DNA of 64,000 nt from positions 1,128-65,127 of the forward strand of contig CANRAZ010000002.1 of assembly GCA_947628705.1 (NCBI GenBank), given 5' to 3'. Below, piece after piece: positions 9,901-17,793 of the stretch. Position 1 is the first letter of the stretch; every line of letters begins with the position of its first letter. A program made the translations under genes and the position numbers. Origin of the DNA: an uncultured Lachnospiraceae bacterium. GTDB lineage: Bacteria > Bacillota > Clostridia > Lachnospirales > Lachnospiraceae. Under the pieces are notes generated by a model. That model was given only the letters and a program-made list of their open reading frames with translations. It ran no database searches and was not told the origin of the DNA.

Positions 9901-12900
9901 AGCTTGAACCTGTATCAGGGAAATTGCCGTCAAATTTATTAAGCGTACCTATAGTAAGAACTTCACCGTTTTTCAGTAAGCCTTCCTTTGCCGCTTCCAT
10001 CATTACAGCGACCCAATCTATGTTAAACCTGTATGTAAAATACACATCTGCATTCCAAGGAAAATGTTCTCCGGAAACAGAAAACATCTCTTTTACCGCC
10101 TCGCCATAGCCTTTCAGTTCGGATTCATCAAGGTCGGTATAATTTTCATCCGCAGGAATGTAAACAATTTCTGAATCTGACGGTATTGTAAACCTGTACT
10201 CAGGATTATTATCCACACGTTCGTCCTTTGGATAAAGCTCGGTTTCCGTGCCGTTTTCCTCGACAAGATACTCTCTAATACGTTCAACCGTAGTGTGCTT
10301 CAGTATCAGTTCCGAAAGCTTCCTGTTAAGCTCGTCATCTGTAACAGCCTTTCCGTCAATCAGCGCATGAACATAAAAACTGTCCGTAGCATAAATAGGA
10401 GCATCGTTTTCATCACCTATGTTGCCTGTATGTACCTTCGCAGTGTAAACATTGGTTTCTGCATTAAAGCCTTTAACGCCGGTCGCCGGTTCAAGGAAGG
10501 CATTACCCATTATAGCCGCCCCTGCACTCACCCAGCTCTCGCTAGGACCTGCTATAGGCATTGTTTTTTTGCTTAACGGATGGCGTGCCGCCGAATACAT
10601 AGCCTTAACCGTAGGTACTGTATTCTTTACGGAAGGATCGGCGGAATATAGCGAAATCGACGAGCCGGCATCAACCTTGCCCGGATATGCAATTGCCGCC
10701 TGACTGTCTATTTCATAGTACCCTTTGTGATAAATTTCGCTGTCCGTTCGGAAGCTGACATTAACCTCGTTTTCTCCTAACAAAAGCGTATATGTTATCA
10801 CAAAATAAAGCTCGTTGGAGAGAGCCGTCCCGTCGGTCTTTGAGACTTCAAAAGCATACAGATTTCCGGTTAAATTCTGAAATTTTTCATTATCTGTTGT
10901 CTTTTCAGGAACTTCTACGCCCAAAGACAGCAGCTGATTTTTTCTTTCCTCCGCTGTATTACCCAAAGAGGATATGCTATAGCCTGTTCCCGGCACAGCT
11001 TTTTCATTTTCATATATCGTAACGAGTTTATTAGGATTGTCCTCGTCAAACAATGTGAGCCTGTTGTCACCGACCTGTATCTTGATATTCTCAACAGTCA
11101 CATAGGAGAGGAACTTGCTGAGAAGCGCCTGCGTTTTAGGGTCATCAGCATCAAAAAGATAATCAGGCGCTCCGCTTCCCGAAACAGCGCTTCCGGAAGT
11201 GTAATATTCCTTGACTCTGTTAATCTGGTCGACAAGGTAAACTTTTTTCTGACCCTGCGGGCCGACGTCCGCAGTTACCCGATAATCATTTTTATAATGA
11301 CCCTTTCCTTTGTCGCTTCCCGTCCACTCTTTTTTAAGTACCGGAGAGGCAGAATAACTGAAGCTCTTTAAGCTTGCAGAATAGGCTCTTCCATTATTGT
11401 TTATCGCCCTGTAGCTTCTCGCTGCCGCATTTTTCAGCTCTATTTTCAGCAATCCTCTAAGACCGTTATCTTCACTGTACTTTTTTATGTCAAAAATTCC
11501 GTTGTAGGCAACCGTCACGCTTCTTACTACACTATTCGCTTCATATCCGTTCTTTCTTGCAGTAAGACCATATATTGTTACCGTAAATCCGCGCTCCATA
11601 TCGCCGGAATATTCCAGCCTTACTTTTACGCTGTCATCTCCAAATTGGCTCCCTGCTACACTGCTCAGCGGACCATAAAACGCGTTATAGGGTGTAACGT
11701 CCTTTTCAACATGCCCGGTTGTTTTTGCTGTTTCAAAGTCACTTTCATCAAAAAGAACCGTATTATAATTTTCACCCGGTCCGCTATCATACGCAAATGA
11801 AACCTTCATGTCAGTAAGCGTAATATATTTAGCCGGAGAAAAGGCAAGTGTTTTACCGCTGTCGTCCTTAACCGTCGTCTGCGACATATTGTCGCTTATT
11901 TTATAGACTCCGGAAAAGCCTTTCTGACCGGCAAAAGTTGACGAAACAGTTGCAACAAACTTATTAAGTTCATTATCGGCATTATTTTCTGTAGAGACAT
12001 TCATTGTCTTACCGCTTATGCCGGGCACAACAGCACTTCCGCTTCCCACTACATCATAAACAGGAGCTTCAAGATGTCCGTCGTAAATCTGAAAATCTGC
12101 ATAATTATTATACGTAAGATTTCCGATATCACTTACAGAATAGTTAGGCATGGTTATATAACGGATCCTCAGTACGGTTTTATCACTGTTGCTATTAAGC
12201 ATATTCCTAATATAATATGACAGGTATCCGTCATAAAAAATCCATCTGGCTCCGCCGCTATTTCTCGAAATAGTTTCCAGGTATTTATTAGGAATTGCAT
12301 TTCCGGCATTGTCATAATACCACGAGGCTGACGCATAACTCCAACCGTCAGCAGGTACAGAATCAATATGAGGCGCTCCAGATATCTCTCCTTGGGTATA
12401 CGGTGTAGGTTTAACGGCGGCAAGATATATGTATCCGCCTTGGAAAACATTGGAAGAACTTCCTGACGTAACCAACATTCCGTTTTCGTCATATGCAGAA
12501 CCTCCCCAAGAATAGCCTGATGGAAGAACGTCATATAATGCTGCTTTGATGCTATCAATCGGAGCGGCAGTACCTGTACTCTGTCTCCACTTGTACCAGT
12601 CAATAAAAGCGGTCAGGTCAATAGACAAATCCCAGCGGATGCTGCCGTCCTCCTGGACAAATCCGTTTTTGTTCAGAACATACGCAGGTCCTTTACTGAG
12701 AGGATGTGAAATACTGCTTTTATATAGAGTGCAAGCATTTTCCACTGCTAAATATGTAGCAAAATTATAATTGTACGGTGACTTGTTTTCGACTGTATTT
12801 TCACCGTTTGGTCCCGTGCTCTCAATAACCTTGCGAAGGTATTTGCTATACGAAACGGAAGCATTGTAGCTGCCCTGATTTTCCGGGAGATTAAACATGT

Positions 12901-15103
12901 AAAGCTCAAATCCCAAAGGGCTTCCCAGAAGCTCCTTATTTCCGTTACCGGCTAAGCCTAAGTTTGTGCTGTTATAGCTTAGAGAGGCATTTGCGCCGGC
13001 ACTGGAAGAACAACAGTACGTTGCACCGTATACGGTTACGGGAGATATAAGCATATATATGTTTTTAGAACGGCTCCCATATGATACTAACTGATCCTGT
13101 TCAGCTGAATAAAGGACAACCCCTGTACTAGAATCAAAATTTGCCCAGCTTCTGTTTTGATTGTATATTTCCTGCATTTCCGCAGCGGCAACAGGGTCAT
13201 TATCACTATTTTTTACGTAATTTATAAGTCCTGAAAACGAACCTGAATAAACAGGTTTAGCTTTACTAATCAGGCTCTGATTCGAATATGTTCCGGCAGA
13301 AAAATCATTCTTTAAACTCAATCCGCTGTCATTCGTTCTTGAAAAGTTACAAGCATACAGGTACATGGAACTGATTTGATTTAGGCTGTCCGGATTAATC
13401 CCCGACTCAGTTACTTTAATCCAATCTTCACCTCCGGAATAGATGTAAGCAGAAACTTTTTCAGCTAAATCACCGCGACCTGAATATCCACTTGAAAAAG
13501 CGCTTGACTTGCAATCATTGTGGTTAAAACTAAAGCCAGGACTGCTAATATTTTTTGTGGCAGTAACCGGAACCTTGACCTCTTCGCCGTTTGATTCATA
13601 TGAAGTAACGGCTTTGTAAGAACGAGACGAGCCGCTCATAGCTGCCGTATAATAAACGTCAACTATATAGCTTAGCTCTACTTTATCTGCATTTATGTTT
13701 TCAATATTTATTTGAAGTTTATCAGCGGAAACAGTGCCGGAGCCTGCGGAAAATCCTCCTGTACTGCTTCCGTCAACAGTAATTTTTCCCGAACCGCTGC
13801 TTCCAGAAAACGAGAAATTTCCTACTCCATTTAAACTGACTGCGCTCTCAGATTTGCCGGAAACTGTCTTTACTTCTAAAAATTTTTCATATCCGCTTGA
13901 AGGAAGCAGCATGACCATTCCAGAGCTTTCAAGCGTTTCGGTAAGACTAATCGAGAGAGGCTGAGTCGGGTCCGGATTTAAAACAGTAAGCGTATACTTT
14001 ATCTGACGGTAAACATTACCGCCGACACTAGAATTCAACAAATTTCCTTCAGAATCAAGCCACTGTGCGTTTTTTTCAACGAGTAAAGGCTCAGCAGGAA
14101 CAACAAGAGGTATGGAATAGCTTCCATACTTTTCGAATTCGACCGGAACTGAGTCTTTTCCTTCAAAGGTATCAGGCAGCTTAGCGTTGTACTGATAGTC
14201 AGCTGTTATGTCTTCTTCTCCTTCTGTATCAAGGAAAAAAATCTGGAAATTGAAGTTCGAGCCTTCCAAAACAAGACGTCCCCACGCACGGGCTTTACCA
14301 AAAGACTGCTGCAACGGTATCCAAACGTTTAAAGGCTCGTCAGTTGCTTCGATACCGCACGGAATCAGATTATCAGGCAAACCAAAAGAATACACAGTAG
14401 CATCCTGAACACCGTTCGTCGGAACCTTAGGGTCATTTTCCTTAATACGAATATTAGAAAGTCTTACAAAGACTTCAGCGTTTTCACGTTCAACAGGTTT
14501 AAAATCACTGCTTTCGACAGAAAGCCCATTGACAAGAACTGCGGTTTCCATTCCGACATGAGTGGAATCTTCATCGAGAACGTCAACTAGCTTTAGCGGA
14601 GCCGAAGCATTTTTTAATGCAATGACCTCAAGCTTTACAGTAGATACTACCGGTGTAGAAACTGAGCTGTGGCTCGCCGAATATGTAACTGCATACGTCA
14701 TGCCGTCCTCAGATTCAGACGGGCTAATAAGATTCGTTCCCTCTATCCAACTATACCCTTCATCTACAGTAATGCCGTCAGCTAGAATTCTGTCTATATT
14801 TGTAACCGTAATAACGGCATCTTCCAATAGGCTACCGTCAGAATCGTATAACCCGACACCACCAAGCAAATCATTTTGGTAATCAGCCAAAAGTATTGAA
14901 AAAGGAACAGTAATCTTCAAACCGCTCTCATCGCTTGAGGCGATATTAGTCTCCTGTTTCTTCTGTTCCACCGAGGCACCTGTCGCAGCCTGTGAAACCC
15001 CTACTGTCTGGAATATCAAGCACAGACACAAAATCCATGACAAAACCCGTCCCGGAACGTCCCTGAACCTTCCAAAGATGTTTTTACCCGCACTTCTCAA
15101 CAT
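3956..15103 (-). CDS. giant cell-wall-anchored adhesin (3715 aa). Layout: signal peptide, about 2300-aa Cna-A/collagen-binding-like region, about 1400-aa stalk of Spy0128/FctA-like and Cna-B-like isopeptide-type domains, then a PKTG sorting signal.
   Basis: A single uninterrupted ORF. The N-terminal signal is ...WILCLCLIFQTVGVSQA|ATG. There are repeated 'x-I-x-W-x-[LV]...[VI]-x-D' segments (EITWSLELNVNG..VEDSM, IIKWSVDFHLE..VTDNL). The stalk domains are delimited by F-x-N-x-Y (FTNTY, FRNSY, FANTY, FTNSY, FTNVY, FINDY) and K-x-L-x-G motifs. The C-terminus is DTPKTGD, then a hydrophobic segment, then RKRKEEEA. Confidence 0.9.
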   Translation of the reverse strand: MLRSAGKNIFGRFRDVPGRVLSWILCLCLIFQTVGVSQAATGASVEQKKQETNIASSDESGLKITVPFSILLADYQNDLLGGVGLYDSDGSLLEDAVITVTNIDRILADGITVDEGYSWIEGTNLISPSESEDGMTYAVTYSASHSSVSTPVVSTVKLEVIALKNASAPLKLVDVLDEDSTHVGMETAVLVNGLSVESSDFKPVERENAEVFVRLSNIRIKENDPKVPTNGVQDATVYSFGLPDNLIPCGIEATDEPLNVWIPLQQSFGKARAWGRLVLEGSNFNFQIFFLDTEGEEDITADYQYNAKLPDTFEGKDSVPVEFEKYGSYSIPLVVPAEPLLVEKNAQWLDSEGNLLNSSVGGNVYRQIKYTLTVLNPDPTQPLSISLTETLESSGMVMLLPSSGYEKFLEVKTVSGKSESAVSLNGVGNFSFSGSSGSGKITVDGSSTGGFSAGSGTVSADKLQINIENINADKVELSYIVDVYYTAAMSGSSRSYKAVTSYESNGEEVKVPVTATKNISSPGFSFNHNDCKSSAFSSGYSGRGDLAEKVSAYIYSGGEDWIKVTESGINPDSLNQISSMYLYACNFSRTNDSGLSLKNDFSAGTYSNQSLISKAKPVYSGSFSGLINYVKNSDNDPVAAAEMQEIYNQNRSWANFDSSTGVVLYSAEQDQLVSYGSRSKNIYMLISPVTVYGATYCCSSSAGANASLSYNSTNLGLAGNGNKELLGSPLGFELYMFNLPENQGSYNASVSYSKYLRKVIESTGPNGENTVENKSPYNYNFATYLAVENACTLYKSSISHPLSKGPAYVLNKNGFVQEDGSIRWDLSIDLTAFIDWYKWRQSTGTAAPIDSIKAALYDVLPSGYSWGGSAYDENGMLVTSGSSSNVFQGGYIYLAAVKPTPYTQGEISGAPHIDSVPADGWSYASASWYYDNAGNAIPNKYLETISRNSGGARWIFYDGYLSYYIRNMLNSNSDKTVLRIRYITMPNYSVSDIGNLTYNNYADFQIYDGHLEAPVYDVVGSGSAVVPGISGKTMNVSTENNADNELNKFVATVSSTFAGQKGFSGVYKISDNMSQTTVKDDSGKTLAFSPAKYITLTDMKVSFAYDSGPGENYNTVLFDESDFETAKTTGHVEKDVTPYNAFYGPLSSVAGSQFGDDSVKVRLEYSGDMERGFTVTIYGLTARKNGYEANSVVRSVTVAYNGIFDIKKYSEDNGLRGLLKIELKNAAARSYRAINNNGRAYSASLKSFSYSASPVLKKEWTGSDKGKGHYKNDYRVTADVGPQGQKKVYLVDQINRVKEYYTSGSAVSGSGAPDYLFDADDPKTQALLSKFLSYVTVENIKIQVGDNRLTLFDEDNPNKLVTIYENEKAVPGTGYSISSLGNTAEERKNQLLSLGVEVPEKTTDNEKFQNLTGNLYAFEVSKTDGTALSNELYFVITYTLLLGENEVNVSFRTDSEIYHKGYYEIDSQAAIAYPGKVDAGSSISLYSADPSVKNTVPTVKAMYSAARHPLSKKTMPIAGPSESWVSAGAAIMGNAFLEPATGVKGFNAETNVYTAKVHTGNIGDENDAPIYATDSFYVHALIDGKAVTDDELNRKLSELILKHTTVERIREYLVEENGTETELYPKDERVDNNPEYRFTIPSDSEIVYIPADENYTDLDESELKGYGEAVKEMFSVSGEHFPWNADVYFTYRFNIDWVAVMMEAAKEGLLKNGEVLTIGTLNKFDGNFPDTGSSYEFKNPIDLLGTIGKNADVDVKNNEITWSLELNVNGDIDNYSVEDSMSAGDGKKVTENDKIAFAITEFRTFEIYDNSDPENPHLLYSYDGSFEPGTSVTIRDAAGCYKGAKLTLNDEGIGFCLEFAQLMKSSLKIVYTTGLDEKQFLANGGNLSEGYSVTNFANAGLPGGMLDIETSGNVKKEEDSLFEKTAEDTGLAHEQAWRLRAETGSNDAEDITISDSLTADSSIKKYLNLSSMKVTLYKDSVSTVIFDSEAGIDELSAYSGEWEKYSVKTNGETDFTLRFDSLEKGTAIVLDYVTSLDMEAVGDSSIKKDSSYSLSNSAAFSRYGWDNMTSKSTGKVVYTDAVSKSGELLKERNEQVYTDNGEPIIKWSVDFHLEEIASQGEIAELGSEAAATVTDNLPFGLRCLEDSIVLYDLTAGKSGFTKSAAPIPADEYNITSIGRDFVITLRNPSEHMDVRLEFNTAAYASLDNVKNSVTVEIAGKTAGTESKNITGVFLKMQSGTVYSVSKQKISFEAQKYIDGTLLVSPSANQIFSFKAVQVDEDLTTPVEDGYSDEAQNGEDGYIYFKETDYLGEGVYYFKIYEVKEKGDTLNYELDDSEYIVRVNVVRNATDYEVTTEAFLNETASDAVIFNNSTLHTLTVSKGVDGEAGETDVDFGFSVYLEDAEGNPVSGEFPFAKGKGTPVLGTETIKFNASGKAEFSLKADESAVIYKLPDGYSYEVTETDADKNGYETEVPKSAEGTIDGQNAAAEFINSRDEGSLVITKTIESTTGVINRDKSFKFTLKFSDGYGEELTDADEVYTYVVTDSEGTVASGSVKSGGSIYLSHGQTAKINGLPNGTQCTVTEEETADDGYTARKAELSTEIHASNASGDRVDFINDYKADGKLSGSASLNIDKVLKGRKDDQWLETDEFEFVLSAKAGDSATVDGVADGTVMLPPSVVINSKTTDASGRHTAAFGDITFSKAGDYVFTVTEYRNGKPVDDKDRIDGITFAAPLEIKVTVTDTGTGELSAAVTNTTAAQDGSSAKPYVFTNTYTVDELEADITVSGTKTLTGDRTFMPGDEFTFTMTSLDGAPLPKTTSVTVKPETDSEGRVVNNSFTFGGENDKITYAAPGTYFYLIREEKPVKDLIPGMNYDSRIYVLTVSVTDNNDGTMTASQSLSVLPEAGGTAGNEADSADFTNTYNSKEALAEIDGIKALDGKELSAGEFGFVLEAEDGTPMPEGFTSKDGVARKDIVNGAGGIIHFGDIKFTVADAGVGKAAAKTYVYTVTEKQPTDDGTFEGKALDGAVLEDSRWVYRGVTYDSSVKTVSVSVWTEDIVDSNGIVTQTVFADVKGNEFAFRNSYSAEGTLEGETYLKVSKSLTGREWNENDEFAFVLAPYDADTESAVKDGSVVLPSNTEIKINFRTAALTEAFGNIKFYAEGKYRFRVSELNGGSRIDGVTYDGEAYVFTVTVTDEDFNGTFTVKAEGAEADGRFEFANTYTVDELEADISVSGSKVLKGREFKDGDKFYFAMTAKDGAPLPKKSLAILTPSPDGSGSLFCFGGKDDPIVFTEPGSYEYLIYELSSDMPGVANIEGVNYDAAVYRLTVNVKDNGDGTMSVESSKFEVSSDGSGEEWTSADASNADFTNTYFFDVDSVVIDALKALTGRQLNEGEFTFVLEAEEGVPMPEGSEKTADGLVGFEAHNLSDGGVLFDGIVFTPENAGASAEDAAVYTYTVREKQPTADGTFDGEALDGAVLVDGRWVYKGVTYDNSVYTVTVKVQTGEEIGDDGVKVQKTYVDMEDVEITFTNSYRATGTLNGSANLVVSKKLSGRQWNGNDKFLFVLEGGDDATLDAIEEGRIILPEITQLEITQLTEGYAAAFGDIVFNEEGLWNFVIYEIEGSEKGMTYDTKVRKIAVNVVDESFDGIYTVTVSGNSKEELAFTNVYADIKQDAPDVPDTPKTGDSSFPAAWAFLAVTSAICFAAACRKRKEEEA
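3959..4066 (-). other. cell-wall sorting signal (TPKTG motif, TM segment, basic tail)
   Basis: ACT CCG AAA ACA GGC lies at 4066-4052 (minus strand). It is followed by SSFPAAWAFLAVTSAICFAAAC and RKRKEEEA. Confidence 0.75.
4100..7250 (-). repeat. in-frame domain super-repeat in the adhesin stalk, order C-A-B-C-A-B-C (period about 1.35 kb for A-B-C)
   Basis: A-type domains start YTVDELEADI[TS]VSG (near 6795 and near 5440). B-type domains contain GEF[GT]FVLEAE[DE]G[TV]PMPEG. C-type domains start Y[KSR]A[DET]G[KT]L.G...L.V.K.L.GR.W (near 7250, near 5890 and near 4530). Confidence 0.8.
4322..4351 (-). repeat. 15-bp in-frame tandem duplication (EITQL-EITQL)
   Basis: aagctgcgtaatttc (4322-4336) is followed directly by aagctgcgtgatttc (4337-4351), with one mismatch. 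Confidence 0.9.
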
Positions 15104-15258
15104 AGCAGCTCTCCCTTCAGACTCTTACATTTCGGTAATTGCGTCCTGTTTATATGATTGGTCTTCTGCTTTGAAAACAAACGCCGTTAGAACCGTATGG
15201 CGTCCTGCATGGAATCAATACAAATAAAACAGTTTTTTGCAAAACATAAGTAATGATT

Positions 15259-15267
15259 ATAATATCA
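15259..15267 (-). promoter_or_regulatory. possible extended -10 promoter element for the adhesin gene
   Basis: The minus strand reads TGATATTAT (TGn plus TATTAT). There is no good -35. It would give a leader of about 145 nt. Confidence 0.3.
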
Positions 15268-15478
15268 CAGCAGACTTAAAATAAAAAGATGCTCAAGAAA
15301 ATAAAATAAAAAGAAAGCATTAACTTCTGTAAAATGACGTTAAACATTACATAGATGCAAATTTTGCCAAAAAACAAGGCTTTGTAACGTAAAAGGCATC
15401 AAAGTAATTGCTAAGTAAGTGTTAAAATTGAATTATTTGAACTGAGAATTAAAATAATCACAGGAAAAAGCTATTGTT

Positions 15479-15585
15479 CTACAACTGTATTGCATGATTT
15501 TATACCATTGGGTTTTAACACTTCATTTGTACTACAAGTGTAGATTTTCAACCGAGTTCCAATATAATTTTATCTACATCTGTAG
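15479..15585. promoter_or_regulatory. three copies of the palindrome CTACA-N2-TGTAG upstream of the adhesin gene
   Basis: CTACAACTGTAT at 15479-15490, CTACAAGTGTAG at 15532-15543, CTACATCTGTAG at 15574-15585. Start-to-start spacing is 53 and 42 bp. The last two copies share a T-rich 3' flank. Confidence 0.5.
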
Positions 15586-15743
15586 TTTTCACTGCTTTTA
15601 TTTCCTTTTTCTAATTTAATTTTTATCAGTTTCATATTTTTAAAGCTTTTCTTTTTTAAGCTTCTCTTTTCCGATTTACTTTATGCGATTCACTTTATGT
15701 GATTCTTTTCAAATGATACTTTTTTACGATTCTTTTTTCACAC

Positions 15744-15775
15744 AAAAAAACATCGGGACAAATATTGTCCCGATG
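15744..15775 (-). terminator. Rho-independent terminator of tsf
   Basis: A perfect 10-bp stem (catcgggaca/tgtcccgatg, 15751-15775) with a 5-nt loop. On the minus strand it is followed by T7 (A-run 15744-15750). Confidence 0.85.
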
Positions 15776-15820
15776 TTTTACCTTTTCTTTTCATTTCAGC
15801 TAATTGCTTTGATAATGCAA

Positions 15821-16762
15821 TTACTGTCCCATCTGCTTTGCAACCTCTGCCGCAAAGTCCTCTTCCTTCTTTTCAATTCCTTCGCCTGTCTCAAAACGAA
15901 CAAACGATTTAATTGAAAGCGCCGAGCCGGAATCCTTGGCAACCTTTTCAACATACTTGGCAACCGTAAATTCTCCGTCCTTTACATATACCTGATCGAC
16001 AAGGCACATTTCCTTAAGCTCTTTATCAAGCCTGCCCGGAACGATTTTTTCAATCACGATATTCTCTGGCTTCGGCTTCTTGCTCTCTGCATTTTCCTTA
16101 AGAGCTTCCTTTGTAATAATCTCTGTTTCAGATGCGATAAAATCTGCCGGAACCTCATTCTTGTCAACGAAGGAAGGTTTCATTGCGCAAACCTGCATTG
16201 CGACGTTTTTAGCGCACTCAACAGCTGCTTCCGTAGCCTCTCCTGCCATCTCAACAAGGATTCCGAGTTTTCCTCCATTGTGAATGTAAGATACAACAAA
16301 TCCGTCATCGGCAACAATTTTTGAGAATCTTCTGATGTCAAGTTTTTCACCGATAACAGCAACAAGGTTTGCAAGCGCATCCTTAACCGTAATAGATGAA
16401 TCCTCACACCAAGGCTCTGCGAGGAACTCTCCGATGTCAGCCGAGCTTGTGTCAGCTGCCTGCTTTGCAACCTTTGCTACAAATGTCTGGAACTTTTCAT
16501 TCTTTGCAACAAAGTCTGTTTCTGAGTTGACCTCAACTACAGCCGCAATCTTGCTGTCCTCGCTTACATAAGCTGCACAGATGCCTTCTGCTGCAATTCT
16601 GCTTTCCTTCTTTGCAGCCTTTGCAAGTCCGTTTTCTCTAAGCCACTGTACCGACTTGTCCATGTCGCCGTCTGTAGCTGTAAGGGCTTTCTTACAGTCC
16701 ATCATTCCGGCTCCAGTCATTTCACGCAGTTCTTTTACCATTCCTGCCGTAATGTTAGCCAT
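15821..16762 (-). CDS. tsf: elongation factor Ts
   Basis: MANITAGMVKELREMTGAGMMDCKKAL N-terminal domain. 313 aa. Lies directly downstream of rpsB. Confidence 0.95.
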   Translation of the reverse strand: MANITAGMVKELREMTGAGMMDCKKALTATDGDMDKSVQWLRENGLAKAAKKESRIAAEGICAAYVSEDSKIAAVVEVNSETDFVAKNEKFQTFVAKVAKQAADTSSADIGEFLAEPWCEDSSITVKDALANLVAVIGEKLDIRRFSKIVADDGFVVSYIHNGGKLGILVEMAGEATEAAVECAKNVAMQVCAMKPSFVDKNEVPADFIASETEIITKEALKENAESKKPKPENIVIEKIVPGRLDKELKEMCLVDQVYVKDGEFTVAKYVEKVAKDSGSALSIKSFVRFETGEGIEKKEEDFAAEVAKQMGQ

Positions 16763-16785
16763 GTTAAATTACCTCCGATTTTAAT

Positions 16786-17547
16786 TTATGCTTCCTCAGC
16801 AGCTTCTTCAATGTCTTCTGCTTCTGCTGCTTCATCGGAAACCTCTTCCTCCTCTGCAAACGACTCGCCCTGATTTGCTTCAATAACGGCGTCAGCCATC
16901 TTTGAAACAATAAGCTTAACAGCACGTATTGCATCGTCATTTCCAGGGATTACATAATCAAGCTCATCAGGATCACAGTTAGTATCGGCAATTCCGATAA
17001 GAGGAATACCGAGCGAGTGAGCCTCCTGAACACAAATCCTTTCCTTCTTAGGGTCAACTACGAAAATCGCATCAGGAACATTCTTCATTTCCTTGATACC
17101 GCCAAGGTTTTTCTGAAGCTTTTCCATTTCCTTCTTTATTATAACGACTTCCTTCTTAGGGAGAACCTCAAATGTTCCGTCCTCCTCCATTTTTTCGTAA
17201 GCCTTAAGCTTTGCAATTCTCTTCTGGATCGTCTTGAAGTTTGTAAGCATTCCTCCAAGCCATCTCTCATTTACATAGAACATGCCGCAGCGCTCTGCCT
17301 CTGTCTTGACAGAATCCTGAGCCTGCTTCTTTGTACCGACAAAAAGAATTGTTCCTCCGTCAGCCGCGATGTTTTTAACTGCCTCATAGGCTTCATCTAC
17401 TTTTCCGACCGACTTTTGAAGGTCAATGATGTAAATGCCGTTTCTCTCCGTGTAAATGTACGGAGCCATCTTAGGGTTCCATCTTCTCGTCTGATGTCCG
17501 AAATGGACGCCTGCCTCAAGCAGCTGTTTCATTGAAATTACGCTCAT
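16786..17547 (-). CDS. rpsB: 30S ribosomal protein S2
   Basis: [27 protein letters not shown]. The ATG at 17545-17547 is preceded by GGAGGA. There is an acidic C-terminal tail. The track ORF extension to 17601 is rejected. Confidence 0.95.
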   Translation of the reverse strand: MSVISMKQLLEAGVHFGHQTRRWNPKMAPYIYTERNGIYIIDLQKSVGKVDEAYEAVKNIAADGGTILFVGTKKQAQDSVKTEAERCGMFYVNERWLGGMLTNFKTIQKRIAKLKAYEKMEEDGTFEVLPKKEVVIIKKEMEKLQKNLGGIKEMKNVPDAIFVVDPKKERICVQEAHSLGIPLIGIADTNCDPDELDYVIPGNDDAIRAVKLIVSKMADAVIEANQGESFAEEEEVSDEAAEAEDIEEAAEEA

Positions 17548-17657
17548 TTTAAATCCTCCGTGGTTTTGTTCTTCCATGCCGTCTGCTTCCGATAAAATCA
17601 CACGAGCGATGTGACACCGAACGGAAAGTCAAGCATGTGTTTTTTTCATACCGATAT

Positions 17658-17686
17658 AATATAACATATAATGTTAAAAAAGGCAA
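17658..17686 (-). promoter_or_regulatory. putative rpsB promoter
   Basis: Minus strand: TTGCCT (17686-17681), 17-nt spacer, TATATT (17663-17658). The leader would be about 105 nt. Confidence 0.45.
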
Positions 17687-17705
17687 GCACATTTTAGCGC
17701 CTGCC
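17676..17705 (-). terminator. possible codY terminator overlapping the rpsB -35
   Basis: On the minus strand, ggcagg pairs with cttgcc (6 bp including one G-U). The loop is 12 nt and the hairpin is followed by T6. Confidence 0.4.
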
Positions 17706-17793
17706 CCTAACTTGTATTTGAATCTTTTATCAATGCTTCGGTATGCTAACGTCCGGTGCATCGGCGGTATGCTCACGTTCTCTGCATCGTTTT

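Noticed and set aside
13469-13477. RGD tripeptide (YSGRGDLAEK) in the adhesin
   Set aside because: A single RGD in 3715 residues is close to chance expectation. There is no evidence that it is exposed or conserved, so it is not reported as an integrin-binding feature.
15570-15635. 21-codon minus-strand ORF (MKLIKIKLEKGNKSSENYRCR) in the adhesin upstream region
   Set aside because: It has no Shine-Dalgarno sequence and an AT-driven Lys/Ile-rich composition. It overlaps one of the palindromes. It is most likely non-coding.
3956-15820. Calling the adhesin region a genomic island or mobile element
   Set aside because: There is no integrase, transposase, tRNA or flanking direct repeat, and no obvious compositional break. 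The only shared word between the flanks (ctgtaaaat) is too short to be meaningful in AT-rich DNA.
17017-17535. 172-aa plus-strand ORF
   Set aside because: It is antisense to rpsB, whose identity is unambiguous.
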